Origin: Bigelowiella natans CCMP2755
Taxonomy: Eukaryota; Protista; Cercozoa
Assembly (NCBI GenBank): GCA_000320545.1
Contig: ADNK01003163.1
Coordinates: forward strand, 29,810-93,809
Reading direction: 5' to 3'
DNA length: 64,000 nt
Shown piece by piece: positions 30,625 to 39,126 of the stretch. The position numbers and the translations under genes were made by a program. Each line of letters opens with the position of its first letter. Positions within the stretch are counted from its first letter, which is position 1. The notes under the pieces are model-generated. The model was not told the DNA's origin, made no database searches, and saw only the letters and a program-made list of their open reading frames with translations.

Positions 30625-31351
30625 GTATTATTTTGGGTTGTTTTAACGCTGCTACATGTTGAAGCATTACTTGAACAGCATACACACATAGTAGTAGTAG
30701 TAGTAGTAGTGATGGTGGTATGCACGTTCATGACTCCTCTCCTTGCACATTAAAACACAGACGTTATTACTCTGTTGTTGTTGCCTCTATTATTTGTTTT
30801 ATTTCTCCACATGTCTCATATGGAAGAGCGACAGGACTTCCATAGTTTCCTTTTCTCCTCTTCAACTCTCAACTGCTATTTACTACTCTTCTTGCATTCT
30901 AATAATTGTTTTCTTGCTCAGATTTGCCGCACTGGAGGCCCTTTGTGCACTTGCTTCTAGCAATCAAGAGACATCGCCCATCCTAGCGACTCTCCTAGTT
31001 CCACACGTAATAAAGTGCCTAAGGAGTACACAAGATCAAACCATCGCTTACGAAGGACTGCGAGCGCTCCATGCTCTGCTTGAGGCATGGCCACAAATCA
31101 TCTATATGATGGAGAAAAATGTGGAGAAGAAGAAGGGATTTGAGAAAAGCGCAGCAGACAAAGAAGGAGAAGAAGAGGGATGGACACCCAGTGAGTTGTC
31201 CTCCGTGACTGACAGCCTTAATGCAAGGTTTTCGTTCGATGTTGACGTTGTTTCGCTATGCATGCGCATGCGAGCTGTCATTCAAGCCATCACAGCTGCT
31301 GAAGTTGTTGATGAGAATACAGATGCTTCCACACAGATCATCTTTGAGTAG
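12850..31351 (+). CDS. Very large multi-exon protein: RanBP2-type Zn finger, multiple NHL/beta-propeller repeats, TFIIS-N-like helices, SPRY-like segment, ARM/HEAT-like C-terminus (could be two genes)
   Basis: WACVLCAHLNPLSVSECE|RC matches W-x-C-x2-C-x3-N-x6-C-x2-C. NHL exons include HPMGICADNAHIYVAAAGENRVVVFD, LQLPYDIACDERNLYICDRNNNRLIIWD, FSSPCLIHLDEHYIYVSDYGNCRLQ and GIAVDEQYIYLSGYN. In-phase exons at ~20092 and ~20549 bridge the two halves. Final exon FAALEALCALAS...QIIFE* ends at 31351. True start not resolved. Confidence 0.7.
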
Positions 31352-31690
31352 TAAAAGTGCAGGTGATAATGATTATTACCAGCGACGAGGTATATGCATA
31401 ATTTTGAATTTCCAAGAATCCGTATCATTACAGGTTAAAGAATGTGCTTGAACGATAGGTATGCTTGTCTGGCATTTCTATAGTGAGAGAAGAAGAATGT
31501 GTTCTATCATTTTTCTCGCGATGAAAACTAGACACATCTCGCCATCTGCAATGTAGAACTTAGGCTAATAATTTTGTACAAATAATGACGATGCATCCTC
31601 GTATAGTTTTCTAATAATAACATTAGTATCTGCTGGGAAGTGTGATTCGTACCACTCGATCTCATCAGCCTCCTGCATGCGATGATGTGT

Positions 31691-31726
<36 letters not shown>

Positions 31727-32336
31727 CACACATGCGTGTGGAGCACGCCTCTCATGCACATGGTACATGCCTGATATCGCCTAACCTGATGACGTCACTT
31801 GCGAGCAAATTTCCTTAGTTTGCAATTGCATCCATGCTGTGTGTATGCGAAGCAGCGCAAGCCATAGATTTCTATAGTGGACACAGCAATTCCATGTATG
31901 TATTACGTGGTGTCTATCATTTCTTAGCTGTGCAATGATGCAGGGGCGTAGTTGCGTCATGGACTGTTAATATATTTGACTCGCGATTTTTGATGGAGCG
32001 CCACTAGCGTCGCACGGTCGTGGCGGCACTGTCGCACATGCACACGTCAGATTGCACTTCCAGCTGCAGATGCAGCTAGTGTATCGCTAGATCGTGAAAC
32101 GAGTTTGCTTGCAGATCTGCATCTTTAGATCTCTAATCTTTTCTGCGCTGACGACTGCTGAAGCTCGACTACAAACTACGTGTCGCATGTATGCGTACAC
32201 CGCACCCACATTCTAACCATCATCCCAACTTTGTCATGAGGTGCACATACAAGCAGGCCTGTAAGCTTGTAATTGTACATGTTTCACCGTGTCGACAGTC
32301 TGCCCGCCTGTGTGTCATCTATCAACTAGCAGTACG

Positions 32337-32752
32337 TTTTAGCGGGCTTGCGGTAGCTGCTTAGCTTTTGTGCGCGGGACTGTGCTGATGTCACTGAGTG
32401 TCAACACGCGGTCCTGTGTGCGTTTGAATTGTGTTGATGACTTGTGACTTGCGCTGCATGCATGTGCGCATTGGGTTCCGGCGCATTCGCGAAGATTCTC
32501 GAATCTTCCAGAATTCTCTCGAATTCTCTGGAAGATTCTCGAAGCTTCCGGAATGCTCTCGAAGATTCTGGAAGATTCTCGAATCTTCCGGAATGTTCTC
32601 GAAGCTTCTGGAAGATTCTCGAAGCTTCTCGAAGATTCCCGAAGTTCTGAGAACTTCCATGCGCATGTGCGCAGCGCAGCGTGCAGCACGAGTGGACGTG
32701 CGCATGCTGCGACAGCTCCTTGATCGTGGGTGGCGCGGCCAGACCGCTGACA
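32337..32752 (-). repeat. 3' LTR (416 bp), TGTCAGCGG...CCGCTAAAA
   Basis: No difference from 38092-38507 found on base-by-base reading. Confidence 0.95.
32486..32653. promoter_or_regulatory. Heat-shock element (nGAAn) array in 3' LTR
   Basis: GAA recurs every 10 bp, 17 times (32491-32651). 12 of the 15 decamers in 32491-32640 are perfect GAAnnTTCnn, with an unbroken perfect run at 32561-32643. Confidence 0.85.
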
Positions 32753-32761
32753 CGCCCCCAT
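32753..32761 (-). other. Polypurine tract (ATGGGGGCG) abutting the 3' LTR
   Basis: G-rich tract immediately 5' of the LTR TG on the element strand. Confidence 0.7.
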
Positions 32762-33097
32762 GGACGTGGTGACCACGATCAGAGTGCTGATGTGCACGTG
32801 CCATTTCTGCCATGGTGACAGAACTTTTGCACGGTGCTGCACATGGACGCCATTCCCAAAGGTTTCGGAGTCCGAATGGTTGGCAAAATTTTGCCGACCA
32901 AACATCGCACCACCAGACGCCTGAAACTCTGTGCAGAGGCACAAAATTCCCAGGCTTGCAACTGGGCAAGGTGCCATGGGCATGGTGCACTCCGAAATCG
33001 GCAGGAAAAATTCTTGCCTGACTGGGCAAGGTGCCACCATTTCGGTACGAACTGGGACTTGTCCAAAAAATTAATTTTTTAAACGACACCAGTGTGC

Positions 33098-33170
33098 TTC
33101 CAGAAAAAATTCTGGAATCCCTCACGTGCTTCCAGAAAACATTCTGGAACATTCTGGAACATTCTGGAAC
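33098..33170. promoter_or_regulatory. Second HSE cluster in the element's internal 3' non-coding region
   Basis: (ATTCTGGAAC)x3 at 33141-33170 gives six alternating nTTCn/nGAAn pentamers. Additional TTCnnGAA pairs at 33098, 33110 and 33130. Confidence 0.7.
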
Positions 33171-33811
33171 ACCGATCTGGTTTCCCATAGTCAGGTCCCC
33201 AAATTTAGGAACTTCGATCGACCGTGCTTTTAACTCTTCACCTTGCCCCACCTCTTGTGATGAGGCGAGCTACGTACACGTCCACGTCCCCCAATGGAGC
33301 TCTTCCCTGAGAGACGAAATTGCGGGCTGGGCTCCAAATACTGTTGGCTGGCTGGGTTGCAGCCATGCCAGATCGAGAAGGAATGCCGAAGAGAATACAG
33401 TCTGCCTTCGTGGGTCTGAAGGCATCATACTCTGGTCATAGCGACATTGTTCTTCCACACCTCCACACAGGGAAGGCAGTTTTTTTCTGTCTTATTTATT
33501 TTTAATTTCGTAGGTATCTCGTAGTATATAGCCTTATATCTTGTTCTTGTTTTGTAGGTATCCTGTCTTTGTTCCACATTCGCCCCCATGATTGTGCAGT
33601 GTCTGGAAGACAGACACTGTGCAATTATATAATCCATAGCGTAATTTACATTCGCCCCCATCGGAGCTGTGCACATAGCTGTGCATATAGTCCATAGTAA
33701 GATACGCAAGGAAAGGTACACACATATAAAGATGTGTGCCATTAAAACCTTGCAGCCTATATGTTCATATGTTGTAGGTTTCTAGATGGACGTGGGGCTT
33801 TTATAGGGCGT

Positions 33812-36532
33812 CTAAGCGGACGTGGGGCCGACAAGGCGAGGGAGCTTGTAAGGTAGAGCCTTTGTTGTTATTTTTCTTTTTCTGGTGCCTTGTAGCATGA
33901 TGGTTAGTTTTTCTCTGTATGATATAGGGAACAAGAAATCACAGTGTTTCTTGTTGCTAGGTCCTGGTAGAGCCTTGGTAAGTATATCAGCGGGATTGTC
34001 CTCCCCAGGTATTTTGTTTATGCAGATCTGCTTGGTTTGATAGTTATCACGAACATTGTGATATTCTATCCTTATGTTCTTGCCTTTCTGTGTGAATCCA
34101 GGCTTGGCTGCAATGGAGATAGCTGCTTGAGAGTCACAATACACAGGTACAGGGTTCGGTATTTTCATTTTTAACTCCTGTAGTAACTGAGTGACATACA
34201 CTAACTCTCTGCATATATCTGATAATGCTATGTACTCAGCCTCGCCACTGGACATAGCAACGACCTTTTGCTTGTTGCTCTTCCAGACAACAGGTGCGTT
34301 GCTTAGCGATATGAAATATCCTGAATATGATTTACCCGTTTTCTTGCAGGTCTTCCAGGAAGCATCGACGTAGGCTTTAAGCTCAGGTTTGGACGCTGCT
34401 TTAAAGGTAATTCTTTTGTCCTTTGTGTTGACCAGATATTGTAGTAAGCGCACTGCAGCGATGTAGTGTATAGTTCTAGGATCTTGACTGTAGGAAGCTA
34501 GACGAGATAGAGTGTAGCAGATGTCTGGCCTAGTAGCCACCGCTGCATACATTGCTGCTCCTATGATGGATCTGTATGCCTTCTGATCTACTTTTTCATG
34601 TTCCACGTATTCGTCTAACTTTGATCCTGTTATCATTGGTGTTTTTGCTCTTTTCGTAGGCGTGATATCATACTTCTGGGCGAGTCTGGTGAGGTAATCT
34701 TCCTGCGATATCCAATAGTTTCCCTCATTGTCGCTACCAACTCTTATGCCCAGTGTTTTCTTTAGCTCGCCTTCATCGCGAAACTCAAACTTGTCGCCTA
34801 TTCGCTTCATGACAAAGTCCAGGTCTTTCTTATCTTGATATGCTATGCATATGTCATCCACGAAACATGACAATATGATGATTCTTCCTTGTCTGTGCAT
34901 TATCATTAGGCAAGGATCGGAGTAAAGCTGGACGAAGCCAATGGCGTTGAGATGCTCGAGCAAGGTAAGGCTGAATATTGCACTTGCTTGTGTCAGCCCA
35001 TAAATGCTTTTATTTACCAGTAGGGCTAGTGGAAGGCCACTGTTGTATAGCCGGATTTCATCAGGTGTCTTCGGCTTCCACCCTTTAGGTATTTCCATGT
35101 ATACTTTACAGTCCATCTTTCCAGTTAGGAAAGCTGTAAGTATATCTATCCCGTGTAGTTTTAGCTTGAGGATAGATGCTATGGCTAACATTATCCGAAA
35201 ACTATTTAGGGACAACGTCGGGGAATAAGAGAAGAAGGAGTCTTCTCCCGGGATCTGCGTGAACCCTCGCGCGACCAGCCTTGACTTATACCGAATGGTA
35301 TAGTCTACATTTATTTTCTTCTTGAATACCCATTTAGATGTAACGAAATTTGTATCCTTAGGTCGCACTACCAGCGTAAACGTTCCAAGTTTTCGAAGCT
35401 GGTGCAGTTCCTCTTCCGTAGAAGGTATCCAATGCTTCTTATCATCTCCTGTGATTGCATCGTCATACGTCTTAGGAAGGTCCTCGATCTCATGTACTGA
35501 TGGAGCTTTTATATTCATCAGGCGGTCGTAATAGCTACCAAGTATTCCGTAACGAATACCAGGTACTCCCCTATTTTCTCTATTCGACCTTCGAGGCTTA
35601 CTTTTTGCTTTTGTTTCAGGCCCACCATCCTCTGGCAACTCGTCAGTTGCACTGGATGGTTCGGGGGCGTCCGCGTCGGCAGGACCTTCTGGATAAAGGT
35701 ACGCCAAAGCCGAATCACTAACTTTGTTTCTCTTCAGCGAAGGAAACTTAAACACTGTGTGGTACCATTTAGTTACACGGACTCTTTTAATTTTCAGCGT
35801 CTTCGTGGCGACGAGAAAAGTACCAAATCTATCGTCATATCCCAACATACGTACGTATTCACCTCTAGCACCCATACCACCTGCAGGTCGGAGTTCCTTG
35901 TCAATGTGGTTTACTCCGATGCATCCCCAGGTAGTTAGATTCTTTAGATTTGGTTGCTCATGGTGCAGTAGTTCTTTAGGCGTTTTTCTACCAGGTGTGC
36001 TGCGATGTGAGGTGACGTTGTGGAGATATGCTGCAGTCTGAGCTGCGTAGGACCAGTATCCGACCGGTAAGCGTGCATGTTCTAACATAGCTCTTGTTTT
36101 CGCCATGATAGTCTGTATGTGACGCTCGGACATTCCATTTTGCTCAGGTGTTCGGGCGGTGCTAGGAACCCATTTTATTCCTTCGGAGGTGAGCCAGCTA
36201 TGTAGCTTTGCGCTCATATATTCACCTCCACCATCCGATCTGAATTCGTCTATGCTTCCACAACCTGGAAGCTTTCTGATGTGCTTTATGAACTGTATGG
36301 TTTTCTGCGTAACTTCGCTTTTCTTTCTCAAGAGCTCCAAGGTAACCCACCTTGTTCCTTCATGTACGAATATTACGAAATACTTGTAACCATCCATGCT
36401 GTTAGGCATGGTCTTTACATCAGAGTGAATTCTATTCCACATCCGGTTTTTCTTGTGGATAACAGGTACACATTTTTGTTTCTTTTTGACAGCATCGTTC
36501 TCAATCTTTGCTTTATTCCGATGCTGTTTCAT
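33812..36532 (-). CDS. pol: Copia pol: integrase core, reverse transcriptase, RNase H (integrase HHCC N-terminus missing)
   Basis: IN D-D-E: IHSDV, FRSDGGGEY, PEQNGMSER. RT: KSRLVARGF, SIYGLTQA, CFVDD. RNase H: YVDASW, SSGEAEY, CDSQAAI, NPADILTK. Confidence 0.95.
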   Translation of the reverse strand: MKQHRNKAKIENDAVKKKQKCVPVIHKKNRMWNRIHSDVKTMPNSMDGYKYFVIFVHEGTRWVTLELLRKKSEVTQKTIQFIKHIRKLPGCGSIDEFRSDGGGEYMSAKLHSWLTSEGIKWVPSTARTPEQNGMSERHIQTIMAKTRAMLEHARLPVGYWSYAAQTAAYLHNVTSHRSTPGRKTPKELLHHEQPNLKNLTTWGCIGVNHIDKELRPAGGMGARGEYVRMLGYDDRFGTFLVATKTLKIKRVRVTKWYHTVFKFPSLKRNKVSDSALAYLYPEGPADADAPEPSSATDELPEDGGPETKAKSKPRRSNRENRGVPGIRYGILGSYYDRLMNIKAPSVHEIEDLPKTYDDAITGDDKKHWIPSTEEELHQLRKLGTFTLVVRPKDTNFVTSKWVFKKKINVDYTIRYKSRLVARGFTQIPGEDSFFSYSPTLSLNSFRIMLAIASILKLKLHGIDILTAFLTGKMDCKVYMEIPKGWKPKTPDEIRLYNSGLPLALLVNKSIYGLTQASAIFSLTLLEHLNAIGFVQLYSDPCLMIMHRQGRIIILSCFVDDICIAYQDKKDLDFVMKRIGDKFEFRDEGELKKTLGIRVGSDNEGNYWISQEDYLTRLAQKYDITPTKRAKTPMITGSKLDEYVEHEKVDQKAYRSIIGAAMYAAVATRPDICYTLSRLASYSQDPRTIHYIAAVRLLQYLVNTKDKRITFKAASKPELKAYVDASWKTCKKTGKSYSGYFISLSNAPVVWKSNKQKVVAMSSGEAEYIALSDICRELVYVTQLLQELKMKIPNPVPVYCDSQAAISIAAKPGFTQKGKNIRIEYHNVRDNYQTKQICINKIPGEDNPADILTKALPGPSNKKHCDFLFPISYREKLTIMLQGTRKRKITTKALPYKLPRLVGPTSA

Positions 36533-37908
36533 CCTTTCTTGGGCTGACTAGTCTGTTTAGAGAGATCACATTGCCTGCAGCTTCTTCAGAGTACAAAGCT
36601 CCTTGTAGAACAATTTTGTGCATCTTTCCTTGCTTGTTTTTTGTAGTTAGTTTGACGTCGCCTGCATAATTCACAAAGAATCCTGTCCCATCTTTGCCAA
36701 CTTCTATGTATCGTGGTTGAATAGGTTTCAACTCGTTGAAGAAGTCGCGGTCGCAGAAGAAGTGGTTGTTGGCTCCGCTGTCGAGAAGGATCAAAGGCTT
36801 ATGGTTGTACTTCAGCGTTTGCAGGTAAGAATTGTCGCGTGCCATCTTATTAATGTAAGAGGGTCTTTGGGAAGGGGAGCCATGATCAATAAAAGAATAG
36901 TGTTTTCCTTTGTTCTGCTTGCCTTCATCTCTCATCTTGTTTCTGCATTCCTTTTCCCAATGTCCTTTCTTGCCACAGTAATGGCATTTTGTTCTTTTCT
37001 TTAAGTTCAAGAAATAGTCTTCTCTCTTTTGCTTCTTGGAATTGTCTTGATATGCTTCGCTGTTGTATCTGTTCTTTCCCTTTTTGAATTTCCTCTTGTA
37101 GGTCTTCAGCTGACCTGTAAGTTCGTTTAGCCTTTTCTCCAAGCCATCGTACATCTTCACGTATTTGTGTTCTGCACTGGTGTGTCCTGCATGTTTCTTT
37201 GAAGGTCTCTGCCCGTCATCTAATGATCGGGAGTTTATGTGGGAGCGGATCATGTCCACTGCAGAGTCGAAGGTAACATCTTTCTTGTTGTTGATGACTG
37301 TAACTATAGTCTCGTATTTTTCGCTAGGTACAAGTCCTCGAAGTAGAGTGGCAAGCGCTTGGTTGTCGGAGTACCCTTCGTGCTGTGCCCGAAGTCTTCT
37401 GATCGTCGAGTCAAGGTCAGAATGATACTTTGTGAAGTCTCCATTGTACTGACCCATGTTTATATCACTTAGTTTCGAATAAAGTTTCCTGACGGCTACA
37501 GGATTGGTAGGCTCGTACTTCTCCAGCAAGGCTGCTAAGGTAACTGCTACGTCTTTGGGTTTTCCTTCGAGTAGATCGAAGAATTTGTCAGGAAGGGTAG
37601 CAGTGAGGAAGAATCTTCCTCTCTTTCTTTTGTTTATCTTTTCTTGTGATCCTCTTCCTTCAGGTTTGGGATTGAGGATATCGAATTGCTCCGGGGATAG
37701 CTTGAGTACTTCTCGTCGGTGAGCGGGGTCGGTGCGTACATTGACTTCTGTCACCTTTCCTTCTATTTCTATGTTGACATTGAAGCATGATTCCAAATCC
37801 GCTGCTTCAAAGGCAGACATTAGCTTGTACATGTAGGGCTTGTAGTTGCTACCATCGTACTTGAGGGTGAAGTTTTTTTAGTAGGGAGTCTATCTGCTTT
37901 TCTGACAT
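36513..37908 (-). CDS. gag: Copia gag + aspartic protease (1-nt frameshift in the homopolymer at 37873-37879)
   Basis: Zn knuckle CHYCGKKGHWEKEC and protease LLDSGANNHF...NVISLNRL. Removing one base from the 7-nt run joins ATG 37908 (MSEKQIDSLLKNFTLKYDGSNYKPY) to the 439-aa ORF and restores the copia-like DGSNY N-terminus. Confidence 0.9.
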
Positions 37909-38080
37909 GTTGTTTCGTTCCTATTTTCTTTGTTTTTCAGTGCTTTGGAGGCTTGACCGAAGATTGGCTGAGGGAATGCTGTTGTCGCTTTCAGTTCCTT
38001 CTTCTGGAAGGATGTAGCTGAAGGGGGGTGGGGGGTTGCTTGGTTCTTTTCTGAGTTGGTTCTCTAGCAAGTCCTCTTGA

Positions 38081-38091
38081 GGCTCATAACC
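38081..38091 (-). other. Primer-binding site GGTTATGAGCC (tRNA-iMet anticodon-arm / half-tRNA type)
   Basis: Directly abuts the 5' LTR end and matches the GGTTATGRGCC PBS class used by Drosophila copia and yeast Ty5. Confidence 0.9.
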
Positions 38092-38507
38092 TTTTAGCGG
38101 GCTTGCGGTAGCTGCTTAGCTTTTGTGCGCGGGACTGTGCTGATGTCACTGAGTGTCAACACGCGGTCCTGTGTGCGTTTGAATTGTGTTGATGACTTGT
38201 GACTTGCGCTGCATGCATGTGCGCATTGGGTTCCGGCGCATTCGCGAAGATTCTCGAATCTTCCAGAATTCTCTCGAATTCTCTGGAAGATTCTCGAAGC
38301 TTCCGGAATGCTCTCGAAGATTCTGGAAGATTCTCGAATCTTCCGGAATGTTCTCGAAGCTTCTGGAAGATTCTCGAAGCTTCTCGAAGATTCCCGAAGT
38401 TCTGAGAACTTCCATGCGCATGTGCGCAGCGCAGCGTGCAGCACGAGTGGACGTGCGCATGCTGCGACAGCTCCTTGATCGTGGGTGGCGCGGCCAGACC
38501 GCTGACA
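38092..38507 (-). repeat. 5' LTR (416 bp)
   Basis: Direct repeat of 32337-32752, followed on the element strand by the PBS. Confidence 0.95.
38241..38408. promoter_or_regulatory. Heat-shock element array in the 5' LTR (probable U3 promoter)
   Basis: Same GAAnnTTCnn decamer array as 32486-32653, offset by 5755 bp. Confidence 0.85.
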
Positions 38508-39126
38508 GTACGTGCATCCGCACTGCTGACACAACCTGCTTGTGGCAGTCTAGCGGTGCTTGCTGTCAACAATGCAGAGAGTGGCTCGCGAACTCATCGC
38601 ATTCTAGCATTATATTGTCACAGCATCGCATGGGATGACGACTCAAACGCGAGAAATGTTGCTGCCGGCTTATTACACTTGATCGTTGTGCATGATGCTC
38701 TATCGCAAGAATTACGCTAGCAGCCTCGCTCGCGCCATGCAGTGCTGTCACCGTGCATGTGATTGTTGTTGGTCGTGTGGGGGTACGTCGTCTATTGGCT
38801 TGACGCGCTACTACATAAGGCTGGTAAGCGGGCAGAGAAAAACGCACGTTGTGTGCCTTCGATTCTGCATAGTTTGTGCTGTGGTGTACCAATTAAAGGA
38901 GGCAGCATCAATGCTATAATGTCCTAACGACATGAAAGCTTCTTAAAACATAAGCTCCATCATCATCATCATCATCATCATTATTATCATCACATGTATG
39001 ATAGAGCCACATGGGACTCAAGATGTATTAGAATACACTGTTAATATTTAACAACCCATTTATCATCATGTGTTCTGGATGAAGAACTTCAGCAGTAAAT
39101 CATCTATTTTAAAATGATGATGACTG

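Larger units (their letters stand above)
32337..38507 (-). mobile_element. Ty1/copia LTR retrotransposon, recent insertion, 5-bp TSD GTACG (32332-32336 / 38508-38512)
   Basis: Two 416-bp direct repeats flank gag-protease and an IN-RT-RNaseH pol (copia domain order). PBS and PPT are in the expected positions, and the same 5-mer flanks both ends. Confidence 0.97.

Noticed and set aside
32486-32653. CRISPR-like or coding minisatellite interpretation of the decamer array
   Set aside because: No unique spacers. The conserved positions are exactly GAA/TTC, matching HSE geometry.
32339-33251. Long ORFs (233-286 aa) over the LTR/3' UTR as an env-like or extra gene
   Set aside because: They translate the HSE decamer array and stay open in several frames only because TpA loss removes TAA/TAG stops. 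No TM or domain signal.
36533-36560. Programmed +1 frameshift between gag-protease and pol
   Set aside because: No recognisable Ty1/Ty3 slippery heptamer, and the shift coincides with missing conserved sequence, so deletion is simpler.
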